From Fistulifera solaris (lineage: Eukaryota): 64,000 nt of DNA. Positions 12,806 through 23,022 of the stretch are shown here, piece by piece (the stretch's first letter is position 1; every line of letters begins with the position of its first letter). The DNA is taken from positions 744,001 through 808,000 of the forward strand of contig AP026144.1 of NCBI GenBank assembly GCA_030295235.1, written 5' to 3'. The notes below the pieces were generated by a model, which ran no database searches, was not told the DNA's origin, and was given only the letters and a program-made list of their open reading frames with translations. The translations under genes were made by a program, and so were the position numbers.

Positions 12806-13449
12806 GATAGTTTTGAGAGAATGATTGCTTGAAAAGTGATTCAATTTGCTTTTTGTGCGCTTTATATTTGTGATCGTCTTTTTTTCTTTCGTGGAACCCC
12901 CGTGCGGTTTTTGTCCGTTTCCGTGGAGATGCCGAGCGAGGCAGTTTTATTTGCGAGTTTTCGAAGCTCGACCGGCGCGCGGAGCTTCACCTCTCTTCGT
13001 ACAACTAAACAGAAACAGATCGTACAGGTACTTAGAGGCTTACTAATATAACGTGATCCTATAAAACCAAACCGCACAGCGACGTTTCCAACGTTTTCAC
13101 GCAAAACGAAAACAAAATCATCGCCCATGGATGATGACTGACCAAGAGCTCGTTGAACAACGACGAATCTAAGCATTAATTCCCGTTTTCATCTTAGATG
13201 ACATAACAGGAAAGATGCGTGGACGCTGCAGTCTCACACTCAAGTCGGCGACAAAGTTCGACAGGCGAAGGAGAAAATCGGTCCTTACACATAAAAATCT
13301 CGTGGAGTATCTCGGGCTACAAAGTCCGTTCTATCTCAAACCTCATAATATTTCCTTTTAAAGCAAAGTCTACCATCAGGAAGTGCGTTAATAGTGTTCG
13401 ACTTGTTCTGGCTTGTCATAATGCTGTCAATTCGAACATGAGAGCTTTT

Positions 13450-13790
13450 AGAGTATAGCGTTTGTGAGGCAGGGCGGTTTTACGATACAAAATATAGTTT
13501 CCGATGGAATCATTTCAAAGGAAGTTTTACAGATCTGGCTTAACCGCATGAAATCTCTCGGTGGACCTAAATTGCTGCAGCGCTTTAGCAAGACATCCAA
13601 AGAGAGCCAAGACGACAATCATGACCAAGGTGAAGTGGACGAAGGGGGAAAGGTCTTGGGCAAAGCCAGTGCGGGTTTTGCTTCGGATCGGCGAGTCATT
13701 CGACTCATCATAGTTCGCTTCTGGGCAGATTCACTGCAAAAGAAGTTTCTTCATGCTCAATTACCACAACAGGATAAGAGCTTTGAATGA
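13450..13790 (+). pseudogene. 5'-truncated duplicate of the 234-1083 gene (C-terminal third only)
   Basis: Carries the same peptide (RQGGFTIQNIVSDG...DKSFE*) with no upstream homologous sequence. Confidence 0.8.
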
Positions 13791-14023
13791 ATGTACTTCT
13801 CCTCGAATGAATTTCTAGAGGTCAAGCGTGAGTGCTCTCTCTAAAGCTTCCGATACTAATGCGAATCAACTTACAGCAAAATGCTTTTATATTGTTTATT
13901 AACGTTTTTATTTGCATTCTCTAGAGAAATAGTGCCCCATCGTGAACGTGGGTCTTGTCCGTATCTCATAGACAAGAGCTCAGAAGATCATCGCCGACCA
14001 TGTCCAAGATCTCCACAAACTCC
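13450..14023. repeat. Right arm of the inverted duplication (partner 1-575)
   Basis: Near-identical reverse complement of 1-575. Confidence 0.95.
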
Positions 14024-14355
14024 TCCTTTGACATGGCCAAGGAGCGACGGTGTTGAGAAATGCAACTGAGCCCAATCCAGTCGGTGGCATGGGTTCGTCG
14101 ATGAGATTTTTTCTCCATGGGCTTGCCTTTTTCCTCTTCCAAGTAAAGAGCAGCATTGAGCTCAAAGATATTATCTCCTATATTGGTGGACATGACGGTA
14201 GAAAAGTCGTGGCTTTGCTTGCTTGAACTTCGACGATGACGAGAAATCTTGATGCTGTTCTCCTTGTTGTCGATGGTGATCGAAGAGTCTACCAACGAAA
14301 GCTTGTCAGGACTCTGCTTGTTTGCGCCAGCCGAAGAGATCAAGGGGTAAATCAT
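13966..14355 (-). CDS. Small HRRS-motif family protein
   Basis: MIYPLISSAGANKQS...RHRRSSS...HRRTHATDW...QHRRSLAMSKEEF; paralogs lie nearby. Confidence 0.78.
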   Translation of the reverse strand: MIYPLISSAGANKQSPDKLSLVDSSITIDNKENSIKISRHRRSSSKQSHDFSTVMSTNIGDNIFELNAALYLEEEKGKPMEKKSHRRTHATDWIGLSCISQHRRSLAMSKEEFVEILDMVGDDLLSSCL

Positions 14356-14804
14356 GGTGGTTTTAACGAATGTATCGAATATAAAGTGAATCGATTTCTT
14401 TTTGTGAGCTTGAAATTGTGATGAGATGTTCATTTTTTTTTCCTCAGCAGTTTTCTTTCGTGGAAACTGTGCGGTTTTCCTCCGTTTCCGCGGAGACGAG
14501 CGGGACAGTTTTCATTTCCAAGTCTAAGTCTTGTCGTTTTCGAGCGTCAGCCGGCGCGGAGTGTGTCAACTTTTGCAGATAAAGTCTCATGTGGAATCGT
14601 ACTGCTACTCAAGTAAATCGCAATGTATACAAGTACCTGGTACGGTACCGGTACCTAAGGTTTTCATGCAAAACGAAAACAAGGCGCCGCAAATTAAGTC
14701 GTATAAAGTAAATGGACGATGTTATCTGAGAGCTCTCTTTCTAACGATAAGAATACGAAAGTGGTACGCTCTCGTCCTAGATGGCTGTTCATAAGAGAAT
14801 TTGA

Positions 14805-15214
14805 ACGCTGAAATGCACCTCGAAGTTTGGAAATATATTTGAGAAGAACTGCTAATGTAATCAAAGTTGAAGCACTATCATAATCAGGCCGCCTTTTTCA
14901 AAAATCTCGTTTAGTCAGTTGAGCGTTGTCCACTTTTCCAGACCTGAATCAGCTCGCATTGCGCCTTTCGGAAGTGATGGACTACGCTGAAATTCACCTC
15001 AAAGTTTGGAAATATATTTGAGAAGAACAACTAGTGTTATCAAGGTTGAACTACCACATGGTTAAAGCACTATCATAATTAGGCCGCCTTCACTCATTTT
15101 GGGTGACTTTAGTAGCGAGAGACCTTTTCACAAATCTCGTTTAGTCACTGGAGCGTTTTCTACATTTCCAGACCTGAATCAGCTCGCATTGCTCCTTTCG
15201 GACGTGATGGACTA
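14805..15214. repeat. Imperfect tandem duplication, units about 180 and 230 bp
   Basis: acgctgaaat.cacctc.aagtttggaaatatatttgagaagaac occurs at 14805 and 14984; aaatctcgtttagtca...gacctgaatcagctcgcattgc...gtgatggacta occurs at about 14902 and 15131. Confidence 0.9.
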
Positions 15215-15310
15215 TCACTCGTCTAAGAAGAAGCTCATAATTTAAGTTTCGTTTTATTTTTAAGGCATCTTTGCACCGGTTAACCGGAAGCAATGCTAGA
15301 TCAGATGCGA

Positions 15311-15724
15311 TCAGAATGAGTGATTCCAAACAACCGGACTTCGCTTATTAACCCGTGCCTGAGGGTGGTGAAGATCTTCACACACCATGGTAATCTTGGA
15401 AAAATCATCCTCATCCATGGCCTTGGAACGACGATGGTGTCGCTTTGTGCTGATTGCGACTTGGAGGGTAGGAATCGTCTGGACGATGGGATCCTCCTTC
15501 TTGTGTCGCTTTCGAATCGTCACACGAGGTGCGCCAAGAATTTCACCCATATCATGCTCCTCGATCGTATACAAGGCTCTGTTGAGCTTGATAGGGGGTG
15601 CCATTGAATTAAGAAGATGAGGATCCTCCTGGTCAATCGCTTGGATCACCGCATACAATTCGATCGGCGAGCGCTCTTGATGAGGTCGCTTGTGAGGATT
15701 CAACGAGAACAAGTGGAAGACCAT
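15311..15724 (-). CDS. Small protein, distant HRRS-motif family member
   Basis: ATG-initiated 137-aa ORF; HHRRSKAMDEDDF resembles QHRRSLAMSKEEF; same orientation as the neighbouring paralogs. Confidence 0.6.
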   Translation of the reverse strand: MVFHLFSLNPHKRPHQERSPIELYAVIQAIDQEDPHLLNSMAPPIKLNRALYTIEEHDMGEILGAPRVTIRKRHKKEDPIVQTIPTLQVAISTKRHHRRSKAMDEDDFSKITMVCEDLHHPQARVNKRSPVVWNHSF

Positions 15725-16628
15725 GATGCTTGATGAGTTAATGCGAAATGAATCGATTTGATTTTTGTGATCCTGAAATTGTAATCAAAAAGTGGCATGT
15801 TGTTGTTTTGTTTTGTTTTTGTCGCGCAGTTTTCTTTTGTGAGCGAAACGCCGGGAACGGTTTTTCAAAGTGCCGTTTTTTTCTGAGTCACGTTTGTTTC
15901 CTACAACATCGTCTTATAGTGGACCACCAAACCTTTGACCTTAACGCCAAATGAAAAAAACGGACCGCCGTGCCGGTTTTCGCAGCCGCGTTTCTCCCGC
16001 CGCACCATGATGATAACCGTTGTACGATCCTCAAGTGATGGATACATCTCATTCAATGAGCTCACCCATGACGATAACGACTGACGATGATGTAATGTGT
16101 ATGTATTTCGTCAAGAAATGGATGAAAGGGCAGATAATTTACGATGAGTTTTTGCGACGGTAACAACATCTCTCCATGTCTTTCAATAAATGTCGTCGCT
16201 GACATGAATGCGAGATAAATCATGATGAGAAGATGATTGTGTGACTCATTGCGTGATACGCGAAGACGCGAAGACAACAAAGACGACACACGACAATTCT
16301 TTTGCCATGATGTTGCTGCAGTCTCTTCCGCGAGTTCCGAGTTCCGAGTATTCCTCGTTCCGGCAATGCACGAGGTTCTCTACAACCTGAAGTCGTACCG
16401 GTTTAGACTTCATATAGGAGAAGTAGTGCCCCTTGGAGTGTGACGTGGACTGGCTTTTGTTACGACGTGGAAAGGAGAAAACAAGAAAAAAGTGAGGTGG
16501 TTTACTTCTCGTTACCTGGTAATGGTAAGGGCACGCGACGATAACCAACGAAAAAGAAAACAAACAGCCGTATACGTTTCATAATTTTTCCTACCCTACT
16601 AGTGTGATCTATTTGATCGAGCGGTACC

Positions 16629-17615
16629 ATGCACTTCTCAATACTGGTATCGGCATGCGCTTTTGTGTCGGTGCAGAGCTTTACAGTAGCACCATCGGTT
16701 CATCGACGACCTTCCACATTCTCCTTATCATCGGCTACATCCCTTAACCATCAGCAAGAGATTCAAGAAGCATCGGGAGTCACAAGCAAGAAGTCATGGA
16801 AAGATGACGGCTTTGTCTTTGGCTTGAGCGATTCGGGTCTGCAACGACCGAAAGGCAAGGCACCCATCATTGTCGTCGATGGAGATTCTCTCGAAACCAA
16901 GCCCTATCAAGTCGTTTTGGTCCTATCGACACTGCTCGGTCACGCGGCCTTTTTCGTGTGCGCCATGATGGGTATTTGGGCGCAGCAGAATTATCAACTG
17001 GGACCCGCCGCTCTCCAAATGACTAGCTTGACACTTGCGAGTTGGGTTTTGGCCGATTTGGGCAGTGGCATTTTGCATTGGTCTGTGGATAATTATGGGA
17101 ACGGACGAACTCCCATCATGGGAGGGATCATTGCCGCCTTTCAAGGGCATCATTCAGCGCCTTGGACGATTACGCAACGCGGCTTTTGCAACAATGTTTA
17201 CAAATTGTGTTTGCCGTTTGGTCTAGCGCCCGTCACACTCTTGACATTGCTCGGTGCGGGGCCCCAGACGATACTATTTGCCACGACGTTTTGTGTATTG
17301 GAAATATTATCACAAGAATTTCATAAATGGTCGCATATGCTGGGAAGCGAGACGCCGGGTTGGGTAAATCGTCTACAATCCCTAGGACTCACCGTGTCGC
17401 GCAAAACACACGGATTGCACCATTTAGCTCCGTACGAAGGCAATTACTCTATTATTTCAGGCGTCACAAATCGTGTTTTGGATCAGACAGGTTTCTTCCG
17501 AAGACTGGAGCACTTGATATATCGATGGAATGGAGTAGAAGCGAACGCGTGGAAGCTAGATTCCGAGCTGAAGGAGAGGACTTTGCGTGGGGACTATTCA
17601 CTGCGCAAAGGATGA
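16629..17615 (+). CDS. FAD4: Plastid delta3-trans fatty acid desaturase FAD4 (TMEM189/Kua-B domain)
   Basis: Motifs ADLGSGILHWSVDNYG, AAFQGHHSAPWTIT, SQEFHKWSH and HGLHHLAPYEGNYSI; VQSF bipartite presequence. Confidence 0.9.
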   Translation: MHFSILVSACAFVSVQSFTVAPSVHRRPSTFSLSSATSLNHQQEIQEASGVTSKKSWKDDGFVFGLSDSGLQRPKGKAPIIVVDGDSLETKPYQVVLVLSTLLGHAAFFVCAMMGIWAQQNYQLGPAALQMTSLTLASWVLADLGSGILHWSVDNYGNGRTPIMGGIIAAFQGHHSAPWTITQRGFCNNVYKLCLPFGLAPVTLLTLLGAGPQTILFATTFCVLEILSQEFHKWSHMLGSETPGWVNRLQSLGLTVSRKTHGLHHLAPYEGNYSIISGVTNRVLDQTGFFRRLEHLIYRWNGVEANAWKLDSELKERTLRGDYSLRKG

Positions 17616-17817
17616 AAAGACAGTACTGTACCGGTAACGACAAGCATGGCAACACTCTTTTTTCTGTAGTTTGCTATTCTGCGTATGAAGAACCATTGAG
17701 CAGCAACCTAATACATCATAACTAGGCCTAGCTAAGTACTGTTATTCTGCCCACGCAATAAAACCCTCTTGGGAAATGGTACCAAGAAGGACTAAGCGCG
17801 AAGCAGCATCACTAATT

Positions 17818-18616
17818 TTAAATGGTGCGTCTTTTGCCGGAGCCTTTGCCTGATCCTTTACCGGACTTTTTAGAGCCTCCTTTGCCCTTTCCGGACTTGC
17901 TGCCTCCCTTGCCCTTTCCGGATTTGCTGCCTCCCTTGCCCTTTCCGGACTTCTTGGAGCTCTTTTGCCCTTTCCTTTACCAGACTTCTTGGAGCTCTTA
18001 TTTCCCTTTCCTTTTCCGGAGATACTGCTTCCCTTGCCCGGAGCGACTCCCTTTCCGGAGCTGCTACTTCCCTTGCCAGGGGCGACTCCCTTTCCTGAGT
18101 TGCTGCTAGGAGTATCATCGTTACTGCTGACCGGTGCAGCTCCCCTTCCCGGGGTGGCTGATGCGTCCTTTGCCAGGGGCCACTCCTTTTCCGGAGTTGC
18201 TGCTTCCTTTACCTTTTCCAGACTTGCTCATGCCTTTTCCTTTGCCGGATTTCTTGCTCATTCCTTTACCTTTGCCCTTACCTGACTTACTGCTTCCTTT
18301 TCCTTTGCCGGATTTCTTGCTCATTCCCTTGCCGGAGTCGCTCATGCCTTTGCCCGACTTGCTCATTCCCAGACCTTTGCCAGATTTGCTCATGCCCTTT
18401 CCAGATCCACCTTTGCCTTTTCCGGAGCTGGAAGAGCCCATGCCGAGGCGTCGCAAGTTCTAGAAGGGGTGCAACTTTAGTTTAGTTGAAAGATCGCAAC
18501 ATCATGCATCGGGTGCGGGCATTTCTTACCATATGCTCGCTCTCGAATGTTGCATCCTTAGCAATGGTCATCGATGCCATAAGGCAGATGAAAAGAAGAT
18601 TGTAAAGGCCCTTCAT
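17818..18616 (-). CDS. Secreted silaffin-like Gly/Lys/Ser(Met)-rich protein with an RRL motif
   Basis: Exon 1 (18616-18530) encodes MKGLYNLLFICLMASMTIAKDATFESEHM. A GTAAG..TTCTAG intron follows, then exon 2 from 18459 reads NLRRLGMGSSSSGKGKG... and ends GKRRTI*. Several 1-nt shifts fall in the repeats. Confidence 0.8.
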
Positions 18617-19415
18617 ATTGAAATTGGATTAGAGAACTTGATTACACTCTCGAACCTATGATCTCAACGATGCCGATCGTAAAAATTGTGTCATTCCTTC
18701 ACCTGGTTCGAGATCTTAGCCGACGATAGAGTTTTCATTTTTCATGGCATGCCGGCCATGCCGGCAAGTATCATTCTTCTGCCGCCTGCCAAACTCGATG
18801 ATGCACTATGTAAGTTTGTTCTCCTAAACAAACTTTATGCTTCATGGTTGACCGGCGCTACCCTCCTTTTTGAAAATCTACCACAAGTACTCTTTTACGG
18901 ATTGTATAGTAGTGTAGTGGGCCATAATTTGTAGTCGGCGAACAAATACTTTAGTACTATGGAGACTGGAGACGGACGAGAAATGAGAAATTTGAAATAT
19001 TTCTTTGCAAGCAGCGAGCGGGCAGGGGGCAGTCTGCAAGCGCATGCCGCATCAGGCGACGGCGCAGACTTCGGACTGCCGCTAGTAGTTAATCCCTGTA
19101 CTTATTTCAAGCTTCGAGTTTTGAACGATCAGGTTAGTTAGGGGTAGTGTCCGAACAACCACTTGAGGGAGTGCGGCATCACAAAGGAGTATATACGGCT
19201 GAGCCAAAGGAGTATATCTACTCCTTTGGGCATCATGTCGCTAAGGTCACAGAGTTTTCTTTTGATTGTTGCACATCCCACTATTCGGACATGAAGCAAT
19301 CAGGAAAGGTTCAAGTCGACAATTGTAATCAGCCATGGAGTAGTCTAGTCTCTACGATTAATCTTCTCCATGATGAATGTAACGCTCTTTGGTCAGTGAT
19401 TAATGAAACTTTGAA

Positions 19416-20429
19416 TTAGTTGGAACTCGGTTTCAAAGACATGTCCCCAACCCAGGTCTCACCACTGTTCAAAGTAACAGGGTCGAATTTGACACTTTCC
19501 ACGCATACAAAGTTGTTGTACCCCATTGCTTCGTTGCCATATGGACTCCAGATAACGGTATCCGCCCATCCTTTTGTGTTCAGAACCGCCAAGCTCTTAC
19601 CAGTTCCGGCGTCCTTCAAGACGGGGTCGATGACACCTTTATAGACGCGGTCGTACTCTTCCGAAATTGTAATAACCTCTCGGTCTTCCGTCTGCATTTC
19701 ACCGCCATCGCCCACCAGCTTGTTCAAGAATTCCTTACCGGCGAAACTTCCAGAAATCTCCAATTTGTCAAGACTCGACACGGCAAAGTAGCTGTGCAGA
19801 GCAGCCTGGAAATCAAACGAGTCGTCACCTTTGTTTTCTACCCACATTTTGGTATCCAACTGATCTTCTTGCAGAGTAACAGTGAAAGTGCACTTGAATG
19901 GCTTATCCCACATTTCTTTGGTATAATCACTGGGTTCCATCACGAGCTCGACGCTCGAGTCGGTCATGGAGGCCACCGACCAGATGACGTTGCGAGCGAA
20001 TCCGTGTTGCTGGATCGCTCCAGGCCCGAATTGCGGCCAGCAGTGCGAAAGTCCACCACTGATGGGTTTGCTTCCGTCCATCTTGGCATCCGGACGCACG
20101 GCAATGAATTCAGTACCGTCTTGGATGTAGCTGGTGACGCAGGCTCCGTACAAATACACCTTACTCGACGAACCAGACGGATGAACGAGTTGAACGTATT
20201 CCAAGCCGCCCTCGTTGGTTTGGAGACCAGACGCCGATTTGGTAACCGCCTTTTTTTCCACTTGGGCCATGCCACCGCGTTTCTCGATCCAGGAGGAGCG
20301 AGCTGCTACCTTCTGGCGTTGGCGACTGTCGAACAAGGCGGTGGTCGCCGAGGAAGTTGCTGATGGCTGGACGACAAAGCCCGAGACGGCTGAGCTGAGG
20401 AGAAGGAGAGCTTGAATAGTAATTTTCAT
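19416..20429 (-). CDS. Plastid aldose 1-epimerase / glucose-6-phosphate 1-epimerase family protein
   Basis: Motifs KPISGGLSHCWPQFG, QHGFARN, FQAALHSYF and FVCVES; VSGF bipartite presequence. Confidence 0.88.
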   Translation of the reverse strand: MKITIQALLLLSSAVSGFVVQPSATSSATTALFDSRQRQKVAARSSWIEKRGGMAQVEKKAVTKSASGLQTNEGGLEYVQLVHPSGSSSKVYLYGACVTSYIQDGTEFIAVRPDAKMDGSKPISGGLSHCWPQFGPGAIQQHGFARNVIWSVASMTDSSVELVMEPSDYTKEMWDKPFKCTFTVTLQEDQLDTKMWVENKGDDSFDFQAALHSYFAVSSLDKLEISGSFAGKEFLNKLVGDGGEMQTEDREVITISEEYDRVYKGVIDPVLKDAGTGKSLAVLNTKGWADTVIWSPYGNEAMGYNNFVCVESVKFDPVTLNSGETWVGDMSLKPSSN

Positions 20430-20959
20430 GGTGTCAAAGATTGATTGACTGTTTCAAGGCAGCTTTGGAGAAATGATTATGAATTGCAACAAACCGCCTA
20501 TGTCGTGGGCGCTGACACGGTCATTCAAATCGAAGAACACGTACGCGAAAATCCCAATGGAATCTGGAATTTGTGTTTTTCTATTTAATATCCAATAGAA
20601 TGTACGAGGAGTCCATACAAAGTAGAGTCGAGTCCAGAGTCCGGAGTCAAGTCATACCAGGTATAGCCATAAAACAAAGTCTCAAGTTAAACCCGGTACC
20701 AGTGTACCGTACGATTCTACAGAGTGCCATTATAATAACCGTGACTACAGAATAGAGCCCCGGCAAGAAGGGAAAACTTAACAAATCAGAGCTCATACTA
20801 TATTTCTCTTAGTTATCTTACTCCGTATTACGATAGAGCTTGCACGTAGGACTGACTATGGCTAACAACGGACAGGAAAGTAGATTGTGGACCTGAAACG
20901 CGACGCCCACAACTTTTTATACTTATTGTGGCGATCGTGGCAATCACGGGAGTGCTCCC

Positions 20960-21838
20960 TTAAACCGCGCGACGGCTTCCCTTACCCTTGCCTTTTCCCG
21001 AGCTGTTTCCTTTTCCTCCACCTTTTCCTTTTCCAGAGCTGCTTCCACCTTTTCCCTTGCCGGAGCTACTTCCACCTTTTCCCTTGCCGGAGCTACTTCC
21101 ACCTTTTCCCTTGCCGGAGCTACTTCCACCTTTTCCCTTGCCGGAGCTGCTTCCTCCTTTTCCCTTGCCGGAGCTAGTTCCACCTTTGCCCTTGCCCATT
21201 CCTTTCTTACCGCCTTTACCTTTGCCCTTTCCCTTGCCCGAGCTACCACCTTTACCGGAGCTGCCTCCCTTTCCACTTCCTTTACCAGAGTAATCGTCAT
21301 CGTCGTCGAAGATGTTGCCCTTGCCCTTTCCTTTACCAGAGTAAGAATCTTCATCATCAGAGTAATGGTCGTCATCAACAGAGTAATGATCGTCATCACC
21401 AGAGTAATAATCGTCATCCTCGAAGATATTGCCCTTGCCCTTGCCCTTTCCTTTACCAGAGCTGCTTCCTTTGCCCATTCCTTTACCAGAGTCACTGCCC
21501 TTTCCGGATCCACTTCCTTTTCCTGAGCCCTTTCCGGAACTTTTCTTTCCCGAGCCTTTTCCTGAGCCCTTTCCCGAATTGCCTCCCTTTCCGGAACTAC
21601 TTCCCTTTCCAGAGCTTCCTTTTCCGCCCTTTCCTTTTCCACCATTTCCTTTCCCACCTTTTCCTTTGCCCTTCTTGAGGTGACGCAAGTTCTACAGACG
21701 GTAATTGAGCACGAGGTACAAGAAAGGAAATTAAGCAACAGTTAAACTTACCTGCTGCTCAAGACCGGAAGCAGTGTCTCTAGCAATGGTCAACGCGACC
21801 ATCATAGAGATGAGGAGGATGTTGTAGAGACCTTTCAT
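20960..21838 (-). CDS. Secreted silaffin/cingulin-like protein: RHL motif, GKGS repeats and Asp/Tyr-rich inserts
   Basis: Exon 1 (21838-21752) encodes MKGLYNILLISMMVALTIARDTASGLEQQ; the intron is at the same position as in the paralog; exon 2 from 21691 reads NLRHLKKGKG...; it contains (GKGKGGSSS)n and DDDYYSGDDDHYS. Confidence 0.85.
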
Positions 21839-23022
21839 TATTGAAATGGATTTCCAAGTTGAAGAAGTCGGCGTCGTAAACAAAGAATTTTAAGTTGTGA
21901 GAGCAATTGCCAAGTTGTGTTGATACAGATGGCCGCAATTTGAGATGGTAAATTGTTTCGGATGATGAAGGATCAAAAGTGGTTAGCAAGCAGGTTTTTA
22001 CTCTTGCTGTTGTGGCGCGCGTTGATACTGCAATGTGTTGGCAATCCTTTCGCGCGAGCCCGAAGCATATCAATTGATTCTTGACGTCAAGTCATTCGTT
22101 TACTCCGTCTGACGTCTGGTGCGCAGCGTGTGTTGATTTTATTGAATCAAAATTTCAAAAAGCACATCTTAGGGAAATACATTCATGCTTTGCTCTAACT
22201 ATCGACTGGAGTGTAAGGACTGCGCCCATAGATTTTAAGTGGTGTGTACACTTTGCCAAATCGTGCCATATGCTTTTATTTAGCCGAATTCGAAAAGATA
22301 AAAAGCGCGGTCCCATTAATTATCTAAGTATTTTAAACGTTTCTCTAAATACTCCTATTCTTAGAAGAATGAATTATTTACATTTAGATGATGCTCTGTC
22401 ACGCCGAAAACCAAAATACTCAGAATTATCGGAAAGATATTCCCCGTCACGTTGCAAGTGGCACATGTTGGATGTTTGCAGTTGACATGCTGACATCGGA
22501 AGATCATCGATGGACCTCTCGCGTGTCAAATTCGAAGACGATACCGGTACTGGGCAGGCCACCATTCAATCTTGATTCTTATAACGTCTTCTCAAGCTCT
22601 CCAGAGCGCCGTGGCAATCGCATTACCCAATTGTTTGATGCCCATGCCTCATCTCTACAATACTTCAAATTGAAAGCAGGCGAGTCGCAGCACGTGCATT
22701 TTACAATGTGCACAAGGCCAAACAGCACTGTTCCTGGATTCCAGATATGTTGAACAAACCTTCACTTTTCGATTAGTATGGACTGATCTTTCGAGTAATC
22801 GTAAAAGAAGTGCTGTTTCTAAACAAAGTTCCTTTTTCTGTCCAGAGGCGCCCACCATGGTCATTGAAATAACCGACATATTGGTGTTATTACAGCAGAT
22901 GAAATCCTGCCAAGTGATATGAGCGCCGATAGCCAGGTTAATAAAGCTACAAAGTGATCGGTAATCCTCTGATGATCTACGACAATCGATTTTTTCAGGT
23001 GCAGCTGTCCACATCTCATACT

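Noticed and set aside
21040..21200. Regular 27-bp repeats resembling a CRISPR array
   Set aside because: The repeats have no spacers, encode GKGKGGSSS and lie in a eukaryotic gene with no cas genes nearby.
17822..21683. Plus-strand Pro/Leu/Phe-rich ORFs (PFPELLP...)
   Set aside because: They are antisense shadows of the GKS repeats; the signal exon and splice sites are on the minus strand.
22374..23014. Short Cys-containing minus-strand ORFs downstream of BUD13
   Set aside because: No recognisable motif, no convincing splice model, and stops in all frames.
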